Source: Camelus ferus
Taxonomy: Eukaryota
Reading direction: 5' to 3'
Assembly (NCBI RefSeq): GCF_009834535.1
Contig: NC_045697.1
Coordinates: 98,954,001-99,018,000 of the forward strand
DNA length: 64,000 bases
The notes under the pieces were generated by a model that did not search any database, had not been told where the DNA came from, and saw only the letters and a program-made list of their open reading frames with translations. How positions within the stretch are numbered: position 1 is the stretch's first letter; every line of letters begins with the position of its first letter. Shown here one piece after another: positions 14,614 to 27,563 of this stretch. The position numbers and the translations under genes are program-made.

Positions 14614-15277
14614 GTATGTTTATAGTAAATAACATTCTCTTTAAAATTTTTTTCTTAAATTTTTTATTTTAGAGATTCTGAAAGAGAAAAATATACAATA
14701 GAAGATAACGAACCCCCATGTACCCCTCGCCTAGTTGCAATCATTTTCCACACGTGATCAGTCAGTCTGGTTTTATCTACATCCTCATCCACTTCCCCCA
14801 CCTCCTGTATTGGAATTTGAAGAAAATTCGAAACATCCTGATTGTTTTTAAAGATTTTTTTTTAATTGAATCAAGTCCTGCTGGTTTGAGCGCCATTTTT
14901 TTCTTTCTGATGACTTTAGGTATCTCTTCTCTGATCTTAAAACAGCTCCCAGAGAGTGATTTTTGAGTTCTTGGGGGATAGTCTCTGGTTCTGACAACAA
15001 TTACCATTATCATTAGGCAGACTACATTACACTTAGTTTTATCTTTTCTTCATTACTCAGGAATATCACCCTGAGCATCACTTACTGGACTGCACTGCAA
15101 ATCAGAAATGTCAGGTTTCTATGTTCTGCCCAGGGCACTTGATCCACATGCAGAGTCTCTGGCAGCAGGGTCCAGGGATCTGCATGGGTAACAAATTTCC
15201 CAGTGATTCTGCCCACTGAGGTCAGAGACGCACCAGCTGAGAACGTCATCAGAAATTGCTAAAACACCTAGACTTTA

Positions 15278-18200
15278 TATTTTTTAAATTTTTTTCTTTT
15301 ATTATTATTATTTTAACTTTTTAAAAATTGAGTTATAGTAATTTTACAATGCTGTGTCAAATTCCAGTGTAGAGCATAATTTTTCAGTTATACATGGACA
15401 TGCAGACATTCATTGTCACATTCCCTTTCGCTGTGAGCCACCACAAGATCCTGTATATATTTCCCTGTGCTACACAGTACAATCTTGTTTATCTATTCTA
15501 CATTTTGAAATCCCAGTCTGTCCCTTCCCACCCCCCTCCCCCTTGGCAACCACAAGTTTGTATTCTATGTCTATGAGTGTTTCTGTTTCTATTTGTTCGT
15601 TTTTTGTTTTTTTAGATTCCACATATGAGCGATCTCATATGGTATTTTTCTTTCTCTTTCTGGCTTACTTCACTTAGAATGACATTCTCCAGGAACATCC
15701 ATGTTGCTGCAAATGGCATTATGTTGTTGTTTTTATGGCTGAATAGTATTCCATTGTATAAATATACCACCTCTTCTTTATCCAGTCATCTGTTGATGGA
15801 CATTTAGGCTGTTTCCGTGTCTTGGCTATTGTAAATAGTGCTGCTATGAACATTGGGGTGCAGGTGTCATTTTGAAGTAGGGTTCCTTCTAGATATATGC
15901 CCAGGAGCGGGATTCCTGGGTCACATGGTAAGTCTATTCCTAGTCTTTTGAGGAATCTCCATACTATTTTCCACAGTGGCTGCACCAAACTGCATTCCCA
16001 CTAGCAGTGTAGGAGGGTTCCCTTTTCTCCACAGCCTCTCCAGCATTTGTCATTTGTGGACTTTTGAATGATGGCCATTCTGACTGGTGTGAGGTGATAC
16101 CTCATGGTAGTTTTGATTTGCATTTCTCTGATAATTAGTGATACTGTGCATTTTTTCATGTGCGTATTGATCTTTTGTATTTCTTCCTTGGAGAATTTCT
16201 TGTTTAGGTCTTCTGCCCATTTTTGGATTGGGTTGTTTGTTTCTTTCTTAATAAGTCATATGAGCTGCTTATATATTCTGGAGATCAAGCCTTTGTCAGT
16301 TTCATTTGCAAAAATTTTCTCCCATTCCGTAGGTTGTCTTTTTGTTTTACTTATGGTTTCCTTTGCTGCGCAGAAGCTTGTAAGTTTAATTAGGTCCCAT
16401 TTATTTATTCTTGCTTTTATTTCTATTGGTTGGGTAGACTGCCCTAGGAGAACATTTTTGAGATGTATGTCAGATAATGTTTTGCCTATATTTTCTTCTA
16501 GAAGGTTTATTGTACCTTGTCTCATGTTCAAGTGTTTGATCCATTTTGAGTTTATTTTTGTGTATGGTGTAAGGGAGTGTTCTAGCTTCATTGATTTACA
16601 TGCTGCTCTCCAGTTTTCGCAACACCATTTGCTGAAGAGACTGTCTTTATTCCACTGTATATTCTTGCCTCCTTTGTCGAAGATTAGTTGACCAAAAGTT
16701 TGTGGGTTCATTTCTGGGCTCTCTATTCTGTTCCATTGGTCTATATGTCTGTTTTTGTACCAGTACCATGCTGTCTTGATGACTGTAGCTCTGTAGTATT
16801 GTCTGAAGTCTGGGAGAGTTATTTCTCCAGCCTCTTTCTTTTTCTTCAGTAATGCTTTGGCAATTCTAGGTCTTTTGTGGTTCCATATAAATTTTATTAT
16901 GATTTGTTCTAGTTCTGTGAAGTATGTCCTGGGTAATTTGATAGGGATTGCATTAAATCTGTAGAGTGCCTTGGGCAGTGTGACCATTTTAACACTATTG
17001 ATTCTTCCAATCCAGGAGCATGGGATATCTTTCCATTTTTTAAAGTCTTCTTTAATTTCCTTCATCAATAGTTTATAGTTTTCTGTGTATAATTCTTTCA
17101 CCTCCTTGGTTAGATTTATTTCTAGATATTTTATTACTTTGGGTGCTAGTTTTAAGGGGGATTGTTTCTTTACTTTCTTTTTCTGTTGATTCATTGTTAG
17201 TGTAAAGAAATGCAACTGATTTTTGAATGTTAATCTTGTAACCTGCTACCTTGCTGAATTCTTCAATCAGCTCTAGTAGTTTTTGTGTGGACCTTTCAGG
17301 GTTTTCTATATATAGTAACATGTCATTGGCATATAGTGACACTTTTACCTCTTCTTTTCCAGTTTGGATTCCTTTTATTTCTCTCTCTTGCCTGATTGCT
17401 GTGACTAGGACTTCCAAAACTATGTTGAATAGGAGTGGTGATAGTGGGCAGCCTTGTTTTGTCCCAGATTTTAGTGGGAAGCTTTTGAGTTTTTCACTGT
17501 TGAGTACTATGCTGGCTGTAGGTTTGCCATATATAGCTTTTATGATGTTGAGATACGTTCCCTTTATACCCACTTTGGTGAGAGTTTTTATCATAAATGG
17601 GTGTTGAATTTTATCAAAAGCTTTTTCTGCATCTACTGAGATGATCACGTGGTTTTTGTCCTTTCTCTTGTTGATGTGATGTATTACATTGATTGATTTG
17701 CATATGTTGAAACATCCTTGTGTCCCTGGGATGAACCCCACTTGATCATGATGTATAATCTTTTTTATGTGCTGTTGGATTCTATTTGCTAATATTTTGG
17801 TAAGGATTTTTGCATCTATGTTCATCAGTGATACTGGTCTGTAATTCTCTTTTTTTGGTGGTATCTTTGCCTGGTTTTGTTATCAGGGTGATGGTGGCTT
17901 CATAGAATGAGTTTGGGAGTATTCCCTCTTTTTCAATCTTCTGGAAGAGTTTGAGAAGGACTGGCATGAGTTCTTCTTTGTATGGTTGGTAGAATTCCCT
18001 GGGGAAGCCATCCAGTCCCGGACTTTTATTTGTGGGGAGGTTTTTTATTGCTATTTCGATTTCATTTCTAGTGATTGGTTTGTTCAAGTGGTCAGTTTCT
18101 TCTTGATTCAGTCTTGGTGGACTGTATGTTTCCAGAAACTTGTCCATCTCCTCTAGGTTATCCATTTTGGTTCCGTGTAGTTTTTCATAATATTCTCGTA

Positions 18201-18594
18201 TAATATTCTGTATTTCTATGTTATTGGTTGTAATTTCTCCGTTTTCCTTTCTTATTTTACTTATTTGTGCTCTCTCTTTTTTCTTCTTTGTGAGTTTGGC
18301 CAGAGGTTTGTCGATTTTATTTACTCTTTCAAAAATCCAGCTTTTGGTTTGATTGATTTTTCTATTGTTTTTTTTTTTAATCTCTATTTTATTTATTCCC
18401 TCCCTGATCTTTATTATTTCCTTCCTTCTGCTGACTTTTGGGTGTTTTTGCTCTTCTTTTTCTAATTCTTTTAGCTAGTGGGTTAGATTGTTTATTTGAG
18501 ATTGTTCTTCTTTTTTGAGGAAGGACTGTATCGCTATAAACTTCCCTCTTAGCACTGCCTTTGCTGTGTCCCATAGATTTTGTGTGGTTGTGTC
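15278..18594 (-). mobile_element. 5'-truncated LINE-1, 3.3 kb, with a frameshifted ORF2 including the reverse transcriptase domain
   Basis: ORF pieces 17782..18165, 17073..17825 ([23 protein letters not shown]), 16256..17215 and 15719..15988 are consecutive parts of ORF2. 16-bp TSD AAAC(A/G)CCTAGACTTTA at 15262-15277 and 18595-18610. No ORF1 or endonuclease domain. Confidence 0.97.
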
Positions 18595-18954
18595 AAACGC
18601 CTAGACTTTAAGCCATAGTGCTTAAAAACTGGAAGAGAGATTTTTAGAAAACCAGTTTCATTTTTCTGCTACTTCCTCCTTCCCTCTCTCGCTGGCTCTC
18701 AGGTCAGAGGCTCTGAGGCTGGAATCTGGTGTTCCACAGTGTCTGTATCAAGGTAATTCTGCAGAGCAAAGTGCATGAACTTTGAAATAGCTGTTGGCTG
18801 CTCAGAAGTCACTTGCTTTCAGGTTTCTGGCTGTGTCCCACATAGCTATGGGTGCTGTAAGTCTTACCTAGGTAAGTGGTACTCCTATACACACAGACAC
18901 ACACACATACATAAGCACACAAACACACAGGCAGAGTGCTATATTTGCTTCCTT

Positions 18955-19222
18955 TTTTTCCCTTAAATTGAAGTGTAGTTGATTTGTAACCTTGTGGTAG
19001 TTTCTGGTGTATAGCAAAGTGATTATATATATATATATATATATAAACACACACACACACCACATCTTCTTTATCCAGTCATCTGTCGATGGACACTTAG
19101 GTTACTTCCATGTCTTGGCTATTGTAAATGGTGCTGCTGTGAACATTGGGGTGCATGTGTCTTTTCTAATTAGAGTTTCCTCTGGATATATGCCTGGGTG
19201 GGATTGCTGGATCACATGGTAA
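18955..19222 (-). mobile_element. Internally deleted LINE-1 3' fragment with (TA)n(CA)n
   Basis: [20 protein letters not shown] in ORF 19102..19326 lies directly next to the L1 3' tip. Confidence 0.8.
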
Positions 19223-20239
19223 TAGAGTGCTAAATTTTGAGTGGCTCTATTATATAACAAAATTTTGAGAAATTTCTCTAATATCTCAGTTCTGTTGGGA
19301 TAAATTATTTTCCTTTTAGGGACCAATTTCAGTAGTTACAGGATGAACACTCATACTCCCCGCAGTGTATATCTCCTCATATGGCAAGCTTGAATATGAT
19401 TCTTTTACTTCTAGTTACTTAAGATTTCCTTGTTTCGGAGAAACTATATTCCTCTGCCCCAGCTAGGAGCCAGATTCTAGAATCTTCTAGAAGAAACTCA
19501 GGAAGCTGGCTGTCAACAAAGATATCTACGCACTTCCATTTACCCCTGTATAGTTTGTGTACGTGGTTAACTAGAAGATGATTTCCCTGGTGACCCGTGA
19601 CCCTTTCATCACACTATGGATGACTCATTTTAAAATAATAATAAAAAAAGTAAGGGAAGTACAAGATTAAGATTGATTTAGGACAAATGAACTCATAACC
19701 CACATTTTACAGAAAATGATGCTTTTAAAGAGCTACATGGCCTTTAAAAATGCTCTTTTTGTTTGTTTTTAAGAGAAAAACAAGCTTTGTTCAACTTAGT
19801 TTATTGCAGGCTCCAAAATCACTATTAGCCCTTTTGAAATTTGGGCTTATTTGAAAAATAAAAAAGTCCTGGAAATTCTGTCTTTATTTTCTTACCCAAA
19901 GTTCAACCTGACGATAGGAGTAAACATGAGCCCAGTTCTCATGTTTGTTTTAAAAATATATTAAACCATCCTTTTGCTAAAGTTCTTTTTGTTCTATAGC
20001 TTCATATCAGAAATGGTATGAGAGTAAATCTTCACCACAAGAGGGAGCTGGAACACGCAGAAATTAATGGGTTGGTTTGGAAACAGAAGTGAAACGGGGA
20101 GAGTGCAGGTGATTCAGGGTGAGACCGTCACTATCGGCAGCAGCGACAGAGTTTGTTTCACGAGTGATTATTCTATTCTCCTAGTTGTTTAGACCAAAAA
20201 TCAGAGTCATCCTTGACTCCTTACTTCCAATGAATTAAC

Positions 20240-20720
20240 ATGTCTTTCTCTTCTGCTACTTCGGTATCTGGGGCCGCAGTGGCCCTGGGTCCTCAATTCC
20301 TACAGAAAGAAACAACTCGGGCCTTTCATATGCAAAGCAACCCATCCAGAGCCCTCCCCAACCAGCTTCTTTTAGCGGCCTGATGCTCCAGGCCTCTGTC
20401 ACCCGAGGGTCAGGGGCCAGACAACAGAGGCAGCCCCTACACCCCAGAGCCTCTTGAAATTGTCAAACTAGCCAATCCTAAACCTGCCTTGCCTGTTCTT
20501 TCCCCTGGAAACCACACAGTAAGACTCTGGCCCATGTTTTCCCCTGCTTCCTCTGCCTCCAGACTGACCCTGGCACATCCCTGTGCAGCCCCTGTGGCTT
20601 GGTGCCCCACCCTCCACGCCCTGGGGAACTGGGGAACTGTGAGTGATGAGCTGTCTTCTCAATGGCACTGATTTGTTGGCCTTACCATACCTAAGTAATG
20701 ATAAAACCGACATCTTACAA
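20240..20720 (+). mobile_element. Old ERVL-class LTR (MER74-like)
   Basis: Motifs GCCAATCCTAAACCTGC..GGAAACCACA..GGGAACTGTGAGT..TTGGCCTTACCATACCT. Family assigned from memory. Confidence 0.55.
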
Positions 20721-22423
20721 TCCCTAACCCCACATCTCAGCAAATTCTATTTTCTCTGCCTTTATGGCAGATCCAAAATTCAACCACTCCTCCCACCTTC
20801 TGTCCCCACCTCACTGCCCCATCATCTGGTTCCTCCTGCTTCTCCCTGGGTCCCTGGCCCCCTCACTCCCGTCCATTCTCCACTCTGTGAACAGTCAGAG
20901 TAAGCCTGTTACACAAGTAAGGCAGGTTTTTTTCACTCTTCTCTTCAGAGCCCTCCAATGGAAGGGCCAACAGCAATGACAGTTTCAAAATCATATTTTG
21001 GAACCTTCAGGAAACGAAGTTGAATAAAGCTGGTTCGTTTTTAAAAACACACCAAAGTATTTTACATCATCGGCTGATTTCCCATCGCACACAGAGTTAA
21101 AAATCAAGTCTTTAAAACGGCTTTGGGGGCCCCTGTAGAACTGGGTCCCGGCTCGCCCTCTGAGCACAGCCCCTGGTTCTTTCTGCTGGCTGCCGCCCTG
21201 GCTGCCCCCTGCTCTCACACCCTCCACAGACCTCCCACTCGGAGTGCGCTCTTGCCGCCCTCCTGGCCTGGACACTTTGCCCAGACCCCAATCTTGCCTC
21301 CCCTCACTCCACTCCTGATACTCCTCCCCCACCCCCTCCTTGTTCCATGTCACTTAGAGCCTTTCCCTGGTTTATGGTCAGTGTTCTCATGAAAATGTAA
21401 GCTCCAAAAGGCAGGGAACTTTGTGTTCACTGCTGATTTGTTGATGGCCTACAATAGTGACTGATAGATGGTAAGAGATGCGTGTTGAATGAATGAGCAA
21501 ACTGAGAAGGTGATTTTTTGAAAAAGACACTCTAGCTCAGTCATTCTTACATCAGATACTTGGCAAATGCTTTGCATTGCATCCAGAAATTTGCTGCCCC
21601 CCAAAGCCGGTCATCTAAGGGGGAGGCCAGCAAGATGTTTCACTCATTAAACATTTGAGAATACAGTATAGAGCCTAGCATGGCCTGTGGACGCCCATGG
21701 GTGCAGAGAAGGGCCAGTGAGCCCTGGGGCAAGGTATCTTCACTGGGGACTTCTTGCAAGGAGACTGGCTTTGGCTACACCTAGAAAGGTGGCATTCCAA
21801 AGCAGAAGGGACCCAGTTAAAGAGCCTGCTCCATGGGTCAAGCACTCCATCTGTCTCTCTCTCGTTTTTTTTTTTTTTTTTTTAGGTATCATTATCAGTT
21901 TCAATTTACAAATACGGGAACTGAAGCATAAAGAAGTGATGTCACGTAGTTGGGAAATGGCAGAGCTGAGATGTCAATCCAAGATGATTACCAAAGCTCT
22001 CTTCACCATTACAGTCTGCCGACTCCCATTAATCCATCCATCCATTCCATTTGTTGAGGGCTTCTTCTTGTGTGTCAGATGTTAAGGTTCCATCAGTGAA
22101 TGGGACAGACCGAAATCCATGCCTACCTGGAACTCACAGTCTAGAGGGAGGAGAAAGTCAATGAACAATATCACGGATAATGAAATTACATAGAAAGTTA
22201 GAAGGTGACAAGTGGTCTGGAGAAAAAGAAAGGAGGGTAAAGTGTTGCAATTTAAGTGGATAGTCAAGGAAGGTGTATGGTCGGGCCACTCAAGGTGGCT
22301 GCTCTCTGCTCTCGGTCCATCCCCTGCTCGACCAGTGCCTGCTCCACCTGTGCCCTTCACACATGACATACTTGCCGAAGTTCCCAGCTGGTGATTGTTC
22401 TTATCAAAGGGGCGGTGCAGGGC

Positions 22424-22437
22424 GTGCCCTCTGCTGG
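22424..22437 (-). promoter_or_regulatory. Candidate CTCF site
   Basis: Minus strand CCAGCAGAGGGCAC is a full match to the core consensus CCASYAGRKGGCRS. Motif match only. Confidence 0.4.
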
Positions 22438-23633
22438 TTTCCTTAGTAGCAAACAAACCCACCTGCAGTCCATTCCCTTTTAACTGCTGACCTCCCCTTG
22501 TCCCCGGGATCAGAGTGAAGCCGGCTGCCATGTCCTGCCTGTCGTCCACTCTGCACAATGTGGGGAGTCGCTCCGGGACCTTGCTTCAGATGTGTGAGTT
22601 CCCCTCCATGAAACCATGGATCTCTCTGTCGCTGACCGGGGCTCTTTCTTCAGTCTTGAAGCTGTGCGAGTACAGGCCTTGTAGGCCTGTGAGGTATAGC
22701 CCAACAAAAGGCAGTTCAGTGAAGACTTGAAGGAGGTGAGGGAGGGAGCCAGGGAGAAAGGCCCAAGTCTGAGAGGGGAGCAGGAGGGAGCGAGCCTGGC
22801 ATTTCTAAAGACAGGAAGAAGAGAGAGCAGCTAGAGATGAAGGAAGAGGGAGGGGGGAGGGCTTGCAAACTCTCAAGCTTTACATCCCAGTATCCACATT
22901 TGCTAGAGAGCAGTCTTAAGCCCACCATCCTGGAGACAGTGGCAGAGCTGATAAAAACCAGTCTGACTCCAGAGTCCTGGTCCTTCCTACCACGTGACCC
23001 TCCCCAGTGCGGCCACGGAGAGGCAGGAATGGTGAAAACTCATCACTGAGGGAGCTTCAGGTGGCAGTGGTCATGGGTGAGAAAAAAAGACGGTGTGGAG
23101 AAGCTACGGCTGGAATCCAGGCAGAGGGTGTGGAAGTTCTGGACTAGGGCGGACGGTGATGTTTGTAAAATTATAGGAAGTTGGTCTGGGTATCGCATGG
23201 ATTGGACTAACGAGAGACTGGGGTCTGGGAGATCAGTTAACTGGTTGGTTAAGCAAATGTTCAAGGGAAAGGAAGACTAAGGATATTAATAGTCACTTTA
23301 CTCTGTAGAGAGCATGAAGAAGTGAAGGGCGGGAGAGAGGGACTCTCAGAGCTGTGGTTAGGAGAGCAGTCTGGAACCCAGCCTCCTGGCTTCATGTTTT
23401 GCCTCTGCCACTTTCTCGTTTCTGGAACCAGGTTCCTTAACTGCAAGTCAAGTTACTGAACATCTCTATGTCTCTGTTTTCCCTTCTCTAAAATGGGGTG
23501 ATAGCAGTATCTATGTCACATGGCTATAAGAAAGAAAGGAATAACCTAAAACATTTAAAACATTAAAATCCAAATGTATTTGTGTAAAACCTCTCTCCCC
23601 AGCCGCTGGAGAATTCTCTGAGTTGATTCTTTT

Positions 23634-23734
23634 TTTAACATTTTTTTATTGAGTTATAGTCATTTTACAATGTTGTGTCAAATTCCAGCGTAGAGCACAA
23701 TTTTTCAGTTATACATAAACATACATATATTCAC
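23634..23734 (-). mobile_element. Very short LINE-1 3' tip (~100 bp)
   Basis: Matches the tail end of the 15278 L1. TSD GAGTTGATT(C/T)TTTT at 23620 and 23735. Confidence 0.85.
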
Positions 23735-24241
23735 GAGTTGATTTTTTTAATTAGAAAATCCTTTTGTTTATTTGAAAAAACTAATCTCCTTTCTTCTCTA
23801 AAGAAAATAAAACAAAACCTGTGATGCAGAAAAGGCAGACACTGTGGGTGGTCAGCCCAACTCTTGTTTCTCCTTTTTTCCTTGCTGGGAGAATCCCAGC
23901 TTTGTTTAGGCCGCCCCACCTTCTCCACCCAGCCGTATGCTTCCCTCAGATAATCGTGGTGCCCCCGTGGCCCTTGCAAGTGATTGGTCTAGGTTTCCTC
24001 CATGGTAGAGACCACACCAGAGACTTTCTTTTTCACCCACTTATGCTGCTTAATCTGGCTGTGATGTTTGGAGCTGTGACAGCTATATTGTTACTGTGAG
24101 GTGAGTTAGCCCCCTGGGGCAAACCTGGCATTCTAAGAATTGCAAAGCAGAAAGATAGAAAGCAAGTTGGTTAGAATTAACCACCTCAAGAGTTACTCAA
24201 CACTTCTTGTTATGTGAGATAGTAAATCTTTATTGCTTCAG

Positions 24242-24243
<2 letters not shown>

Positions 24244-24285
<42 letters not shown>

Positions 24286-25971
24286 ATATATTTTTTTAAA
24301 TTGACATATAGTCACTTACATTGTGTCAATTTCTGGTGTACAGCATAGTGTCCTAGTCATGCATATGTATACATATATTCATTTTCATATTATTTTTCAT
24401 TAAATGTTACTATAAGATATTGAATATAGTTCCCTGTGCTATACAGAAGAAATTTGTTTTTCATCTGTTTTTATATATAGTGGTTAACCTTTGCAAATCT
24501 CAAACTCCTAAATTTATCCCTTCCCACTCCTCTTCCCCCAGTAACCATAGATTGTTTACTATGTCTGTGAGTCTGTTTCTGTTTTGTAGATGAGTTCATT
24601 AGTGTCCTCTTTTTTTCTTTTCTTTTCTTTTTTTAGATTCCACATATGAGTGATACTATATGATATTTTTCTTTCTCTTTCTGGCTTACTTCACTTACAA
24701 TGATGATCTCCTGGTCCATCCATGTTGCTGCAAATGGCATTATTTTATTCTTTTTTAATCACTGAGTAGTATTCCATTGTATAAATATACCACTTCTTCT
24801 TTATCCAGTCATCTGTTGATGGACATTTAGGTTGCTTTCATGTCTTCGCTATTGTAAATGGTGCTGCTGTGAACACTGGGGTGCATGTATCTTTTTGAAT
24901 TAGAGTTCCCTTTGGATATATGCCAAGGAGTGAGATTGCTGGCTCACATGGTAAGTCTATTTTTAGTTTTTTGAGGAGTCCATACTGTTTTCCATAATGG
25001 CTGCACCAAACTACATGCCCACCAGCAGTGTAGGAGAGTTTCCTTTTCTCTAGACCCTCTCCAGCATTTATCATTTGTGAACTTCTGAATGATGGCCATT
25101 CTGACTGGTGTGGGGTGATACCTCATTGTAGTTTTGATTTGCATTTCTCTGATAATTAGTGATATTGAGCATTTTTCATGTACCTATTGGCCATTTGTAT
25201 GTCTTTATTGGAGAATTGCTTGTTTAGATCTTCTGCCATTTTTGGATTGGATTTTTTGTTGTTGTTGTTAAGTTGTATGAGATGTTTGTATATTCTGGAA
25301 ATTAAGCCTTTGTCAGTAACATCATTTGCAAATATTTTCTCCCATTCCGTAGGTTTTTGTTTTGTTTTACTTATGGTTTCCTTTGCTGTGCAAATGCTTA
25401 TAAGTTTAATTAGGTCCTGTTTGTTAATTTTTGCTTTTATTTCTATTGCCTGGGTAGACTGCCCTAGGAGAACATTGCTAAGATTTATGTGAGGTAATGT
25501 TTGCCTATGTTTTCTTCTAGGAAGTTTACTGTATCTTGTCTTATATTTAAGTCTTTAAGCCATTTTGAGTTTATTTTTGTGTATGGTGTGAGGGAGTGTT
25601 CTATCTTCATTGATTTATATGCTGCTGTCCAGTTTTCCCAACATCATTTGCTGAAGAGACTGTCTTTTCTCGATCATATATTCTTGCTTCCTTTGTCGAA
25701 GATTGACCATAGTTGTGTGGGTTTATTTCTGGGCTCTCTATTCTGTTCCATTGATCCATATGTCCATTTTTATGCCAATACCATGCTGTTTTGATTACTG
25801 TAGCTCTGTAGTATTGTCTGAAGTCTAGGAGGGTTTTTCCTCCAGCTTTATTCTTTTTCTTCAGTATTGCTTTGGGAATTCTCGGTCGTTTGTGATTCCA
25901 TATAAATTTTAGGATTATTTGCTCTAGTTCTGTGAAAAATGACATGAATAATTTGATAGGGATTGCATTAA
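24244..25971 (-). mobile_element. 5'-truncated LINE-1 (1.7 kb) with a (TCTA)n tail, inserted into an MLT1-type LTR (~23820-24243 + 25984-26030)
   Basis: ORF2 peptides in ORFs 25607..26023, 24944..25144 and 24838..25074. 12-bp TSD ATTGCTTCAGCT at 24232-24243 and 25972-25983. Confidence 0.95.
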
Positions 25972-26553
25972 ATTGCTTCAGCTGTACTGAGGTGGGTTTT
26001 TGTTTCTTGAAGCTTGGAAGCATTCTGATACTTGCAAAAGTGAAAATTTGGTAGCAGTCTAGATGGAGCCATTTGTCTTTATGTACATTATGAGAAGTGA
26101 AGCTCTAAATTCAAAACTGTGGCTTTGGGTTTTCACAAAGAAACAAAACTTTAAGAAAAACACAGACCAATATGTTGTAGGGGAATTTGCATCATCTTTT
26201 TATAAGAAAGGCAACATTTGCTTTATAAAATACTTTTGGGGCAGAACTTTCTAAGTGAACAACCCCCAACCAGTCAGATGCATAAAATCCTTCTGAATGA
26301 TTGTTCTCTAATTCTAATTCTAGAGCTGACCACTAAAATAATTTCAAGTCTAGTATGAATTAGCAGCCCAAATGGTCTGGAATGTTAAAATCCAAAGGCA
26401 GATATTCTGTAAGAAGTTTATGTGGGACCATCACTGAAACTAAAATAGTTGCGTCTCAATGTCCCTCCCATTGCCTTATTCTACCACCCTTGAGTCCATA
26501 CCCATCTTAACCCACAACAGTTTCCAAATCCTTTACTTTTGAGAGTTTAGGTT

Positions 26554-26662
26554 TTGTTGTTTGTTTGTTTGTTTGTTTGTTTAAAGCAGAGGCACTGGGG
26601 ATTGAACCCAGGACCTCGTGCATGCTAAGTGTATCTTCTACCGCTGAGCTATACCCTCCCCC
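26554..26662 (-). mobile_element. tRNA-derived SINE (Vic-1 type)
   Basis: Reverse complement of GGGGAGGGTATAGCTCAGCGGTAG..CCTGGGTTCAATCCCCAG with a (CAAA)n tail. Confidence 0.9.
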
Positions 26663-27557
26663 GGCCCAGTTTAGCTTCTTAGACTTACCTTAGTTATATC
26701 AAAATTTTCATCTCACCCCTCTCCCCCACAAGGGGGGAGAATATTAATAGTGTGTGTTAGTAGGTGAAACTCTGCCTTGAAGCTCCAGAATGTAGGTGTG
26801 TCTTGGTCCAGGTGGTGGAGCCAACCCAGCACCGGTTTAGGTTGAGTCATCTCACTTGCTTCAGTGGAAGAAAGTGTGATAGGATCAAGGAACGGGCAAC
26901 TGAGGGAGGTAAAATAAAGCAGGAGGGCTCGCACACTACTTCAGTTTGACCCCTCACTGCCTCCTGTGGCCTGGCACAGCCTACTAGAACTCACTGCTTT
27001 GGGGTCCTGGGCAGATGGCCCAGCTGATAGCAAAGCACTTTTCTACCCACTTTGTCATTGGCTTTGTGAACGTTGTAGGCGAGAGTCTGGGAATGTTGAC
27101 TGTGATTGGGCAGAAGTAAGGGATTCCTGGCTTCCTTGGTTCAAAGCTGTCCTAAGATCAAGAGGTGCCACACCACCTAACAACATTCCTGTATCTTCAA
27201 CCACGAGTTGAAGGTGACCATTCTTCAGATATTCCCCCTGATCACATATCTCATTTATGTTTAACACCCTTAACATTTATGTAGTCAGTCAGGTACCTTT
27301 GGCTGATGTTGCTGATTTTTCTGGATTCATGGGTGTATGTGGCATCATGCCAAGTACACAGTAAGTTCCTAACCTTTCTGTACCCCTCCCTTGGGTCTTC
27401 CTATCATGCTTTGAAAATGGTAAAGGTTAACAATATTTTAAAACAACTTCAAATGTAAAGTTTGCTTAGTAATTTAAATATACGGGTAGACATGATATGA
27501 GAATTGTTACTGCCTTTCTGCCCAAAGGAAGACAATGACAGGTGATTGTATATTTTG

Positions 27558-27563
27558 TTTAAT
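27558..27563 (-). terminator. SETD7: Probable distal SETD7 poly(A) signal (ATTAAA)
   Basis: TTTAAT on the + strand. Downstream on the minus strand comes CAAAATATACAATCACC, then the GU-rich TGTCATTGTCTTCCTTT. Confidence 0.55.

Noticed and set aside
15719..18574. Reverse transcriptase ORFs as a novel RT-based system
   Set aside because: Ordinary LINE-1 ORF2 fragments with frameshifts and a dead YAND motif. The hydrophobic + strand ORFs (e.g. 16104..16691, 2443..2766, 25178..25492) are L1 antisense frames.
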